Source: Patescibacteria group bacterium UBA6241
Lineage (GTDB): Bacteria; Patescibacteriota; Minisyncoccia; Phycocordibacterales; Phycocordibacteraceae
Length of the DNA: 47,985 bases
Assembly: GCA_002441425.1 (NCBI GenBank)
Contig: DJWB01000005.1
Location: 86,705-134,689, forward strand
Direction: 5' to 3'
A program made the position numbers and the translations under genes. Within the stretch, counting starts at the first letter, position 1, and each line of letters begins with the position of its first letter. A model generated the notes under the pieces. That model was not told where the DNA came from and made no database searches. It worked only from the letters and a program-made list of their open reading frames with translations. Shown piece after piece: positions 15,609-25,700 of this stretch.

Positions 15609-16131
15609 ATTCTCGTTCAAGTGTCACCCACTTGTATGCGATGCCGTCCCAGTCTCGCACTTCCTCTGAGATTTTCTTTGTAAAAACAGATTCGTATTCA
15701 GGAAAAAAGATATCGCTTTCTTTCTCGTCGTCAATAAGGGTGAGATACAACCGAGATACCAATGGAAGTGTCTCTTTGTATAGCTCAATTCCTCCGCCGA
15801 TATGAATCTCCTCAGCGCCTGGAGCTGCCCGCGCAACTTTAAGCGCTTCTCCGAGGGAATGCACAACCAATGCCCCTGGTGCTTCGTATGTTTCGTTGCG
15901 TGTAACAACAATGTTAGTTCTTCCGGGAAGGGGACGGTATTTCTCTGGAAGAGATTCCCATGTTTTGCGACCCATAATAACTGGGTGTCCCAGTGTCAGT
16001 TGTTTAAAACGTCTGAGATCGTCCGGGATGTGCCACAGGAGTTTATTGTCTTTCCCAATAGCGCGATTGTTTGCGCCGTCTCGCCCTAAAGAAACAACAA
16101 TGCTTATCCTTTCTTTTGTTTCTTGTGCCAT
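15607..16131 (-). CDS. folA: dihydrofolate reductase
   Basis: AIGKDNKLLWHIPDDLRRFKQLTLGHPVIMGRKTWESLP...PLPGRTNIVVTR. Confidence 0.9.
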   Translation of the reverse strand: MAQETKERISIVVSLGRDGANNRAIGKDNKLLWHIPDDLRRFKQLTLGHPVIMGRKTWESLPEKYRPLPGRTNIVVTRNETYEAPGALVVHSLGEALKVARAAPGAEEIHIGGGIELYKETLPLVSRLYLTLIDDEKESDIFFPEYESVFTKKISEEVRDWDGIAYKWVTLERE

Positions 16132-16811
16132 GGCTGCACTTTTTTAATATCCTTGTCGTTCCAGAGCTGGGGAAGCATAGACTCAGGCTTCCAAGACTTC
16201 TTAAGTTCAGAAAGGTTTGTAGACTTTGCGTACTTTCCAGACTTCGTGTAATCGCGTTCAAGAATAGGCCCCGTCTCAAAGAAAATGATCTGTGCGATGC
16301 GGCGTCCAACTACAAGAGGAATGATGTAATTCTTGGAGTTGTTCGTTATCTCCATAGTCCAGCGGTTTACGTATCCAACATCGCCCCAGCCTGCACACTT
16401 ACAAACCTCAATGAAGTTGCGCCCCATAGATGAACGGGCCTTCATCATAGTGGTTATGTGATCCTTGCCTCCGATGAACTCATTGGTGTGCGCAAGAATG
16501 GTTTCTCCCGGGCGAAGCACAATGACTTTGTCGTCAGGACGAATCCCGTCAAAAGCGAAGTTGTATTTCTTAAATGCTTCCTTTGCGAGTACTGCACGCT
16601 CAACTTTATCTGCGCCCCACACATGCTCCATGTGTTCCTGACTCCAGATGTTGTATAGGCTGTGGTTGTACTTAGTTGGTTGCTCTCTGAAGAACCATTC
16701 GCCAAGTGTTACGTCGTAGCTTGAGGTTGCAAGCTGCTCCTCGGTGAAAGGAGAAATAACAATAGAACCCTTCTTCATTTCTTCTTGGATGCGTCTGTCA
16801 GATAGTGCCAT
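16104..16811 (-). CDS. dcd: dCTP deaminase-family protein (long form)
   Basis: KARSSMGRNFIEV...GWGDVGYVNRWTMEITNNS...VGRRIAQIIF matches the dCTP deaminase/dUTPase trimeric fold pattern. The 235 aa include a basic C-terminal tail. Confidence 0.7.
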   Translation of the reverse strand: MALSDRRIQEEMKKGSIVISPFTEEQLATSSYDVTLGEWFFREQPTKYNHSLYNIWSQEHMEHVWGADKVERAVLAKEAFKKYNFAFDGIRPDDKVIVLRPGETILAHTNEFIGGKDHITTMMKARSSMGRNFIEVCKCAGWGDVGYVNRWTMEITNNSKNYIIPLVVGRRIAQIIFFETGPILERDYTKSGKYAKSTNLSELKKSWKPESMLPQLWNDKDIKKVQPWHKKQKKG

Positions 16812-16821
16812 AGTAAAAAGA

Positions 16822-17655
16822 TTATACGGCCATCTCCGCTTTTATCGTAGGGTGTGACTCGTAGCCTTCAAGTGCGATGTCGTCCATGGTGAAATCCCCA
16901 ATGTTTTTCACGTCAGGGTTAAGGGAAAGAGTAGGGAATGGATACGGTTTCCTGGTGAGCTGTTCCTTAACGGCATCAAAGTGGTTGTGATAAATGTGTG
17001 CATCTCCGAGCGAATGGATAAATTCGTCAGCCACAAGACCTGTTGCTTGCGCCACCATGTGAAGCAATAGGGAATACGAAGCAATATTAAAAGGAACACC
17101 AAGGAACATATCGCAGGAGCGCTGGTGCATGAGGAGTGAGAGCTTTCCGTCAGCAACGAAGAACTGGCAGAACATGTGACAAGGAGGAAGTGCCATTTGC
17201 TCAAGCTCTCCAGGGTTCCAGGCGGTGAGGATGAGGCGCCTGCTATAAGGGTCCTTTTTAATCTGCTCTATAAGCTCTGCAATTTGGTCTACCTCGCTCC
17301 CGTCTGGGCGCTTCCAGTGTCTCCACTGCACACCGTATACGCGACCCAAGTCCCCGGGGAACTTTGCTTTAGGAGTCCAGTAGTCAGCCTGGGCGTTTGC
17401 GCTCCATATTGTCCGCTCAGAGCTATTTAGTTCCTTAAGACGATTCTCATCCCCAGACCCTTCCAAAAACCACAGGAGCTCGCTTTTTACGGCTTTGAAG
17501 GCCAGTTTCTTGGTAGTAAGAGCAGGGAAGCCGTCTGCCATCTTGAATTTCATCTGAAGTCCAAAGAGTGCGCGGGTGCCAGTGCCGGTGCGATCGTCCC
17601 GATCAACACCTGTTTCCATGATCTGCTTCAGGAGGTCTAGGTAGGCTTGTTCCAT
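16822..17655 (-). CDS. thyA: thymidylate synthase (ThyA type)
   Basis: DRTGTGT...LLWFL...ALPPCHMFCQFFV...DMFLGVPFNIASYSLL. Confidence 0.95.
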   Translation of the reverse strand: MEQAYLDLLKQIMETGVDRDDRTGTGTRALFGLQMKFKMADGFPALTTKKLAFKAVKSELLWFLEGSGDENRLKELNSSERTIWSANAQADYWTPKAKFPGDLGRVYGVQWRHWKRPDGSEVDQIAELIEQIKKDPYSRRLILTAWNPGELEQMALPPCHMFCQFFVADGKLSLLMHQRSCDMFLGVPFNIASYSLLLHMVAQATGLVADEFIHSLGDAHIYHNHFDAVKEQLTRKPYPFPTLSLNPDVKNIGDFTMDDIALEGYESHPTIKAEMAV

Positions 17656-18366
17656 GAGGGCAGTATACTAGATGGCATGCACCAGGGAATGTTCATAGTC
17701 TTAGACGGAAACGATGGGTCAGGAAAAGCCACGCAATCCAAGCTTTTACGAGAACGCTTTGAGCGGGAGGGACACAAGGTTGCGCACGTAGACTTTCCTG
17801 CGTATGACCGCAGTGTATTTGGGACACTCATTGGCGAGTGTCTTCGTGGAGAGCATGGAGATTTTGTGGCGCTTGATCCAAAGATCGCTTCAACACTTTA
17901 TGCGCTAGATCGCTACGAAGCTGCACCTAAAATACGTGCGCTCCTTGAAGACGGAGTTACCGTTGTTGCAGACCGGTATGCAAGCTCAAATCAAATACAC
18001 CAAGGAGGAAAAATAGAAGGAACGGAGGCACGCGAAGCGTTTCTTACGTGGCTTGAAGAAGTTGAGTACGGCATACTCAACATTCCAAAACCTGATCGGG
18101 TTATATACCTTGATGTGCCTGTTGAGATAAGCTTGGGGCTCCTTTCGGAAAAGCGAGCTGTTAAGAATGGAGGACTTTCAGAAGGCGAGATGGATATGGT
18201 TGAGCAAGATCGTATGTATCTTGAGCGAAGTCGCGAAAGTGCAGAGCTGCTTTCCAAAAATGAAGACTCTTGGCGTGTCGTACCCTGCGTATCTGAAGAG
18301 GGAACTTTGCGTTCCCGTGAGGAAATACATGAGGATGTTTGGGTGCTCGCAAAGGGTTTATACTAA
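17647..18366 (+). CDS. tmk: thymidylate kinase
   Basis: FIVLDGNDGSGKATQSKLL P-loop, DRY...S..A motif. The real start is probably one of the Mets 10-14 codons downstream. Confidence 0.85.
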   Translation: MFHEGSILDGMHQGMFIVLDGNDGSGKATQSKLLRERFEREGHKVAHVDFPAYDRSVFGTLIGECLRGEHGDFVALDPKIASTLYALDRYEAAPKIRALLEDGVTVVADRYASSNQIHQGGKIEGTEAREAFLTWLEEVEYGILNIPKPDRVIYLDVPVEISLGLLSEKRAVKNGGLSEGEMDMVEQDRMYLERSRESAELLSKNEDSWRVVPCVSEEGTLRSREEIHEDVWVLAKGLY

Positions 18367-18423
18367 AGGGACTATGAGATAGGAATCCGCAGCCCAGTTA
18401 TTAATTAGTTACGAAGATTACCT

Positions 18424-19725
18424 ATGGATTCCTACACACACCTACGAGAAGAAGATCGCATACTCTACGACATGATAGAGGGCGAGGAACTGCGTGAACG
18501 AGAAGGGCTTGAGCTCATTCCTTCAGAGAACTATGTATCAATGGCAGTTCGTGAAGCGATGGGGAGTGTGCTCACTAACAAATATTCAGAGGGGTACCCA
18601 GGGAAGCGCTACTATGGCGGACAGGAATACACCGATCAAGTAGAGACACTTGCGATTGAGCGTGCAAAAGCATTATTTGGATGTGATCACGCGAACGTGC
18701 AGCCCTTAGGAGGAGCTGCTGCGAATATTGCTGCGTACTTCTCGTGGCTTGAGCCGGGAGATGCAATCTTGGGCATGGATCTTTCCCATGGCGGGCACCT
18801 TACACACGGCTCTCCCGTTACCTACATGGCAAAGCTCTATCGCTTTGTACGCTACGGCATGAAAGACATAGAGACCGGAGAGATTGATTATGACGAGATG
18901 CTTGAGGTTGCGAAAAGGGAACGACCTAAGATAGTACTCGCCGGATTCTCAGGCTACCCACGTGAACTTGATTGGAAGCGCATTGCAGAGATTGCACGAG
19001 AAGTAGACGCCGTTGCAATGGCAGATGTTGCACACATTGCAGGACTCATTGCAGGAGGAGCTGCGAAGAATCCTTTTGATTATGGATTTAATATTGTGAC
19101 CACTACGACACATAAAACACTGCGTGGTCCTCGTGGCGGCATGATTCTTTCAAAGGGAACAGTTTCAAGTCCGCTTCGCGCTCCGGAGAAGACTATTGAG
19201 AATCTCCCAACGCTCATAGATCGCAGCGTGTTCCCAGGGTTCCAGGGTGGACCACACATGCATCAGATTGCAGCTAAAGCAGCAGCCTTTAAGGAAGCGG
19301 GGACTCCTGCCTTTAAGGAATACGCGCATCAGGTTGTGCGCAATGCAAAGACTATGGCAGACGTGTTTACCGAAGGCGGTGTCCGTCTCATAACAGGGGG
19401 CACAGACAACCATCTGATACTTGCTGATGTGTTTGGTTCGCTTGGTATCTCTGGAGGAGAGGCAGAGACTCTGCTTGATAGAGCGGGGATTACACTCAAC
19501 AAAAACTCAATTGCTGACGATCCACGCAAGCCATTTGATCCGTCAGGAATACGATTTGGTACTCCGGCAATAACGACACGCGGGTTTAAGGAAGCTGAAG
19601 TGAAGCGTGTGGCAGAGCTCATGCTCGCCGTGCTTACAAAGCGAGATGACGCCACAGTTACAAGCGCACGCGAAGAGATTCGTAGCTTGTCTGTTGCGCA
19701 TCCTGTACCAGCGCGATTCGCATAA
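18424..19725 (+). CDS. glyA: serine hydroxymethyltransferase
   Basis: LELIPSENYVS...NKYSEGYPGKRYYGG...TTTTHKTLRGPRGG. Confidence 0.95.
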   Translation: MDSYTHLREEDRILYDMIEGEELREREGLELIPSENYVSMAVREAMGSVLTNKYSEGYPGKRYYGGQEYTDQVETLAIERAKALFGCDHANVQPLGGAAANIAAYFSWLEPGDAILGMDLSHGGHLTHGSPVTYMAKLYRFVRYGMKDIETGEIDYDEMLEVAKRERPKIVLAGFSGYPRELDWKRIAEIAREVDAVAMADVAHIAGLIAGGAAKNPFDYGFNIVTTTTHKTLRGPRGGMILSKGTVSSPLRAPEKTIENLPTLIDRSVFPGFQGGPHMHQIAAKAAAFKEAGTPAFKEYAHQVVRNAKTMADVFTEGGVRLITGGTDNHLILADVFGSLGISGGEAETLLDRAGITLNKNSIADDPRKPFDPSGIRFGTPAITTRGFKEAEVKRVAELMLAVLTKRDDATVTSAREEIRSLSVAHPVPARFA

Positions 19726-19794
19726 TCTCCTCACCCATACTTCAGGAAGGGTGTGCTGTACTACTTGGTATTACCAGCCAATACCTATTGTTGT

Positions 19795-19905
19795 ATGAAC
19801 ACTCTTCAAAAGGCACTCACAGAATCTATTGCAGTTCTCTTAGTTGGGTTGGCTATTGTTGGAGGACTCCTGTTTACGTTCTCTCAAAATACAGGTGGGT
19901 TTTAG
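19795..19905 (+). CDS. possible 36-aa hydrophobic small protein (below the ORF-track length cutoff)
   Basis: ATG...TAG reads MNTLQKALTESIAVLLVGLAIVGGLLFTFSQNTGGF. A terminator follows. No clear SD. Confidence 0.25.
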   Translation: MNTLQKALTESIAVLLVGLAIVGGLLFTFSQNTGGF

Positions 19906-19945
19906 TGTAGCTTCGTCCGGCATGCAACTCGTTAAGAAGACGTTC

Positions 19946-19975
19946 ACAAAAGGCGGCACAAAGCCGCCTTTTGTG
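19946..19975 (+). terminator. intrinsic terminator
   Basis: ACAAAAGGCGGC-acaaa-GCCGCCTTTTGT. Confidence 0.75.
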
Positions 19976-20033
19976 TAAGGGGAAGTACCTCCAGACGTCT
20001 TATATAGAGTTACTCGTCTAATATTTATCGTGT

Positions 20034-20558
20034 ATGACAAAGACGCACATATCGTTACTCCAGGCAGGAACAGTACTTATCGGAGGGCTTTTAGCTGCAG
20101 GCGGACTCGTGGTTGCATTTACGCAAAGCGCTGAAGCTAAGGACTCAGATAGGGCACGTACTGGCTCACCACTTGAAGTTATCATTTCAGATAACGGAAG
20201 AGTGCTCGTGCGCGGTGCTGAGATAACTGCGGTTACCGACTCCACCATTACAGCTCGCAGTGAGTGGGGCCAGAGTGCACTCACGTGGACAGTCCGCACT
20301 GATGGAGATACGCACTTCGTGGAAAAGAAGGGAAGTTCAATGGAACTTGCTGATCTTGAGGATGGAGACTTCGTAAGTTTCTCTGGAACTCTGGATGCTG
20401 ACGCAGAGACCTTCACCGTTGATGCGGATACCGTTAAGAACTGGTCAGAAGATCAGGATGCGCGCGCAGAAGTGAAAGCAAAACTAGAAACAAGGTGGGA
20501 TAATTGGAAAGAAAAATTCCCAATCTTTAATTGGTTTAAGGATAAGAAAGATAAATAA
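20034..20558 (+). CDS. hypothetical membrane-anchored/secreted protein
   Basis: N-terminal TM helix, beta-rich middle, charged K/D tail. Confidence 0.5.
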   Translation: MTKTHISLLQAGTVLIGGLLAAGGLVVAFTQSAEAKDSDRARTGSPLEVIISDNGRVLVRGAEITAVTDSTITARSEWGQSALTWTVRTDGDTHFVEKKGSSMELADLEDGDFVSFSGTLDADAETFTVDADTVKNWSEDQDARAEVKAKLETRWDNWKEKFPIFNWFKDKKDK

Positions 20559-20573
20559 AGAGGCGACGTGTTA

Positions 20574-20608
20574 ACGGCCCCTGCTGACGGCAGGGGCCGT
20601 TTTCTGTT
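20574..20608 (+). terminator. intrinsic terminator
   Basis: ACGGCCCCTGC-tgacg-GCAGGGGCCGT followed by TTTCTGTT. Confidence 0.75.
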
Positions 20609-20619
20609 ACTATCCGCCC

Positions 20620-22302
20620 ATGGAGCAGCTACTACGTGAAGCGGTTCAGAAAGCACTAGAAGAGCTCGGGGCACCTGAGACAGTTTTTGCTATTGAGTGG
20701 CCAGCAGATCTTGCGCATGGGGACTTTGCTACAAATGCTGCACTTGCAAGTGCAAAGATACTTAATCGCGCTCCTCGCGAGATTGCGGAAGACCTGGTCC
20801 AGAAACTTAAGGCCTCACTTGGAGATCTTGCTGCACGTATTGAGGCTGCGGGTCCGGGCTTTGTAAACATCACGCTTGCGCACGAGACCATCACCAAGCA
20901 GATTGAAAACGCAGGAACAAATGAGTCCTGGGGAACACACACCTACAACACAGGGAAGAGTGTGATGATTGAGTACTCAAACCCAAACCCATTTAAGGAG
21001 ATTCATATAGGGCACCTCATGAGTAATGTCGTAGGAGAGGCACTCTCCCGGGTCCTTGAAGCATCAGGTGCTCGTGTTGTACGCGATACCTTCGGAGGAG
21101 ATGTTGGGCCACATGTAGCGAAAGCGCTCTGGGCACTGCGAAAGAAAGGAATCTCTGATATCGGGAATGCATCTGAGATTGGAGCAGCATATATACAGGG
21201 ATCAAATGCATACGAGCAAAGTCCTGATGCAAAAGAGGAAATAGATGCGCTCAATACACGCATCTATGACATCGTTGCCGCGCAACTATCCTCTGAGACC
21301 TTGTCTGCGGAAGACCGCGACATTCTTTCGCTCTGGAGAAAGGGGAGGGAAGTATCTATGGAAGAGTTTGCACGAATCTTTAAGATTCTTGGCACAAGCT
21401 TTGATTATATTTTTTATGATAGCGATACAACTAAAGGAGGTATCTCAGTTGTGCGCGATGGACTCGCGCGCGGCATCTTTGAGCAGAGTGAGGGGGCAAT
21501 TATTTATCGGGGAGAGAAGAAAGGATTGCATACACTCGTATTCATAACTTCTCGCGGAACTCCTACCTATGAGACCAAAGATATTGGTCTGGCTTTTCTT
21601 AAAGAAGAGCGATGTTCTACAGACGAGGTAATTATCATTACGGCTATTGAGCAGGTAGGACATTTTGAAGTAGTACTCGCGGCACTTGAGGAGATTGCGC
21701 CTCTGCTTGCGAAGAAGACGACACACGTACCGCACGGTTTACTTCGCCTTACCACCGGCAAGATGTCTTCGCGCAAAGGAAATATCATTACAGCCTCAGA
21801 ACTTCTTGGAGATATGGTGCAATCGGCAAGTGAAAAGAACGCAGATCCGCTTGTTGCAGAGCAGGTTGCTGTTGCTGCGGTTAAGTACATGATTCTACGC
21901 CAAGCCCCGGGCGGAGATATTGTCTTTGATCCAGAGAAGTCGCTCTCTTTGGAAGGAGACTCAGGTCCCTACCTCCAGTACGCACTGGTGCGCGCAAAGT
22001 CTGTTATTGCACAGAGCTCAGTTACTCCTAATACAAAGGACGCACCCGAAAAGCCGTACACGCTTGAGCGACTCCTTACAAGATTCCCTGAAATAGTGCG
22101 TAAGGCAGAGGGGCTGCGAGCGCCGCATCTTATAACGCAGTATCTTACCCAGATAGCGGGGGAGTGGAATTCATTTTATGCACAAGAGCGCATTAGAGAT
22201 GGAGCAAACGAAGCGTACAAGCTTGTTGTTGCAACAGCGTTTGTGCGCACTATGGAGCGAGGCCTCAGTCTTCTTGGAATTCCGGTTCCTGAGAAGATGT
22301 AG
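20620..22302 (+). CDS. argS: arginine--tRNA ligase
   Basis: IEYSNPNPFKEIHIGHLMSNVVGEAL (HIGH), GKMSSRKGN (KMSKS-like), 560 aa. Confidence 0.95.
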   Translation: MEQLLREAVQKALEELGAPETVFAIEWPADLAHGDFATNAALASAKILNRAPREIAEDLVQKLKASLGDLAARIEAAGPGFVNITLAHETITKQIENAGTNESWGTHTYNTGKSVMIEYSNPNPFKEIHIGHLMSNVVGEALSRVLEASGARVVRDTFGGDVGPHVAKALWALRKKGISDIGNASEIGAAYIQGSNAYEQSPDAKEEIDALNTRIYDIVAAQLSSETLSAEDRDILSLWRKGREVSMEEFARIFKILGTSFDYIFYDSDTTKGGISVVRDGLARGIFEQSEGAIIYRGEKKGLHTLVFITSRGTPTYETKDIGLAFLKEERCSTDEVIIITAIEQVGHFEVVLAALEEIAPLLAKKTTHVPHGLLRLTTGKMSSRKGNIITASELLGDMVQSASEKNADPLVAEQVAVAAVKYMILRQAPGGDIVFDPEKSLSLEGDSGPYLQYALVRAKSVIAQSSVTPNTKDAPEKPYTLERLLTRFPEIVRKAEGLRAPHLITQYLTQIAGEWNSFYAQERIRDGANEAYKLVVATAFVRTMERGLSLLGIPVPEKM

Positions 22303-22387
22303 ATAAGTCTCCTTGCGGGCAGGTGTGCTTAGGAGTAGGGTGTCCAGATGGCTCTACATTAGGGCCTGTTATCTGGAGGAATAGCTA

Positions 22388-22657
22388 GTGCGTAAGAACA
22401 CTTCGGCCCGCGGTCCGCGCGGGAAAGCATATCGGAAAAATCGCCAGAAGGCGGACGTGGTCCAGCGGACCTGCAAACAGCTGGGCCTGCGCGACATCGC
22501 GCTTTTCCGCAAGGCCTTTGAGTGGCGCTACGGGTTCAAGGACCTGCACCGCGCCGCCGCCGACCTCAAGGTCTATCTGCAGACCAACGGTCGCCGCCTG
22601 AAGGCCTATGTCCTGCGCTACATCCAGTCCCTGGACGTCGCGCCGGTTCCGGCCTGA
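22388..22657 (+). CDS. 89-aa basic orphan protein, high-GC islet
   Basis: GGAGGA SD 7 nt before a GTG start, with its own terminator. GC is about 67% on the sampled line. No family recognised. Confidence 0.5.
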   Translation: MRKNTSARGPRGKAYRKNRQKADVVQRTCKQLGLRDIALFRKAFEWRYGFKDLHRAAADLKVYLQTNGRRLKAYVLRYIQSLDVAPVPA

Positions 22658-22682
22658 TTCCAGACCAGTAACGATCTTTACT

Positions 22683-22720
22683 ACGGCCAGCTGCTTTCAG
22701 CACTGGCCGTTTTCATTTTT
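22683..22720 (+). terminator. intrinsic terminator of the orphan gene
   Basis: ACGGCCAG...CTGGCCGT stem followed by TTTCATTTTT. Confidence 0.7.
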
Positions 22721-22748
22721 GTACGCAAAACGCTAGGATACAGAGACT

Positions 22749-25700
22749 ATGGCGGATACTGAAAAAACTGAGGCGGTGAAGCGAGAGGAGGAGATACTGG
22801 CATTTTGGGAACGAGAGCAGATTTTTGAGAAGTCTCTCAAGAAGCCAAGCCCAAAGGGAACTTTCGTATTTTACGAAGGTCCCCCAACTGCAAACGGACG
22901 CCCTGGCGTGCACCACATGGAATCTCGTTCTTTTAAGGACGCGATACCGAGATACAAAACAATGCGCGGGTATTCAGTACCGCGCCGTGCTGGATGGGAC
23001 ACACACGGTCTTCCTGTTGAACTTGAAGTTGAGAAACAGCTAGGATTCTCCGGCAAAAAGGATATTGAGACCTACGGCATTGCAGAATTTAATAAGAAGT
23101 GTCGGGAGAGCGTACTTGCATACATTGAAGAGTGGGACCGCTTCACGAAGCGTATTGGGTATTGGGTAGATCAAGAGAAGGCGTACTTCACCTTTAACGC
23201 TCCATTTATGGAGAGCGTGTGGCACATTATGAAAAAGGTATCGGACGACGGACGCCTCTTTAAGGATTACAAAGTGGTGCCCTGGTGTGCTCGTTGCGGA
23301 ACGGCACTTTCTTCTCATGAACTTGCGCAGGGGTATGCAGATGTTAAAGACCTCTCTATAACAGCAAAGTTTGAACTCGTTGATGAGCCAGGTACATACT
23401 TGCTCGCGTGGACTACAACTCCATGGACACTGCCAGGCAACGTGGGGCTCGCAGTAGGAGAGAAGATTTCTTATGGCACCTATGAAAAAGAAGGGCAGCG
23501 AGTGGTGCTCGCAACAAGTCGTGCAGGCCAGCTTGGAGAGGGGTGGAACCTCGTCAAGGAGGTTCTTGGCACAGAACTTATAGGAAAGGCGTACAAGCCA
23601 CTCTATGCGTACGTGCGTGCACTTGCTCCAGAGAGCGAGCAGTCCAAGTTTGAAAAAGCTTTTCAGGTGTATCCAGCTGACTTCGTAACAACCGAGGACG
23701 GTACAGGAATTGTGCATACGGCAGTAATGTACGGACAAGAGGATTTTGAACTCGGGCAAGCAGTAGGACTGCCCAAGGTGCATCTTGTTGCTCCAGATGG
23801 GAAATTTATTGCAGGTACTGAATTTCTTGAGGGACGCTTTGTGAAAGATCAGGAGGTAGCTGTAGATATTCTTAAGGACCTCCAGGAGAGAGGACTCTTC
23901 TTCTCTAAAGAGAATTACTCACACAGCTATCCATTCTGCTGGCGCTGTAAGACTCCGCTTATTTATTACGCACGCGATTCTTGGTACATACGCATGCAGG
24001 ACTTGCGAAGCTCTTTGCTTGCCGCAAACGAGTCAGTGCATTGGGAACCGAACCACATTAAAGAGGGAAGAATGGGTGAGTGGCTTAAGAATGTGAAAGA
24101 TTGGGCAATCTCACGTGAGCGTTACTGGGGAACTCCATTACCCGTCTGGCAAAACGAAGATGGCACTGAAAGAGTAGTTGTTGGATCAGTTGAAGAGTTA
24201 CGAAAGAAAACAAAGACGAATAACAATCGTTACTTTGTAATGCGTCACGGCGAGTCAGAGAATAATGCAAAGGGCATTCTTGATTCAACTAACGAGAACC
24301 GTTGGCCACTTACTGAAGAGGGAAGGGGTCAAGTCAAAGCAGGCGCTCAAGATCTAAAGACAAAACAGATTACACATATATACGCGTCTCCCTTTGAGCG
24401 AACTACACAAAGCGCAGAGATTGCCGCAGAAGAACTCGGAATTCCTAAAGAGCAGATCGTGTATGACGAACGTCTTGCTGAGTTTGCGTTCGGCAAGTTC
24501 CACGGTGGAAGTCACCAGGCTTTTATGGATTGGCGAGCTGACAAAAAATACGATGACGCAGTTCCAGGCGGCGGTAGCTATCAAGATGCAAAGAATCAAT
24601 TCGGCGCGTTCTTGTATGACATAGATACAAAGCATAAGGATGCAGTGGTACTACTCGTTACGCATGGCGTAGGAGTTGAAACACTCCGCTCTATTGCAAC
24701 GGGATCTGGACCTGAAGAGTCTAAAGAACTTGCGTACGTGAAGATTCCTGAAAAGGGAGTTGCTGAGGAGATTGAGTTTGTGCCACTTCCGCACAACGAT
24801 CGGTATGAGCTAGATCTGCATCGCCCATACATTGATTCAGTTGTTCTTGTGAGCGAACAGGGAACAGAACTTCGTCGTGTATCTGAAGTTATGGATGTCT
24901 GGTTTGATTCAGGCGCCGTTCCTTTCGCTCAAGATCATTATCCTTTTGAAAAACATACAGGATATCCTGCAGACTACATCTCTGAGGCAATAGACCAAAC
25001 GAGAGGATGGTTCTACACAATGCTTGCAGTTGGAACACTTATGGGTAGAGGAGCTCCGTACAAGAATGTTATCTGTCTCGGCCACTTGCTAGACGAAAAG
25101 GGTCAGAAAATGTCCAAGTCTAAGGGGAATGTGGTTAACCCATGGGATGCCATAGAACAGTACGGCGTTGATACGTTGCGGTTCTGGATGTATAGCGTGA
25201 ATCAGCCAGGAGACTCAAAGAACTTTGATGACAAGACTGTTAAGGAAGCCGCTCGTGTTATTTCTTGGCTTGATAACAGTGCGAAGTTCTATGCACTTTT
25301 CAAGGACGGTTCTCTCAAGGCAGAGAAGACGGCAATGGATGAGTGGATGGGCGCTCGTGTTGCGGCAACAGTACGAGAAGTAACAGAAGCAATGGATCAG
25401 TATCGTGTCTATGAAGCTACTCGTTCAGTCGCACACCTCATTGAAGACTTGTCGCAGTGGTATGTGAGAAGAATTAGAGATCGTGCTCGTGAGGGAGATC
25501 AGGCCGCACTCGCCACATTACGTAACGCACTCCGCTCTGTAGCACTTCTCATGGCACCTTTCGCCCCCTTTATTTCTGAAGAGGTATTCCAGCTTGTGCG
25601 AACAGATTCAGATGCGCAGAGCGTCCACCTAAGTGACTGGCCTCAGACAAAACAGGGAATGCTTTGGACTTTGCAGGGAGGCAAGAGTAAAGAAGATCGC

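Noticed and set aside
23040-23783. 247-aa minus-strand ORF inside ileS
   Set aside because: It is antisense to a strongly conserved synthetase segment. It has no start context or motifs.
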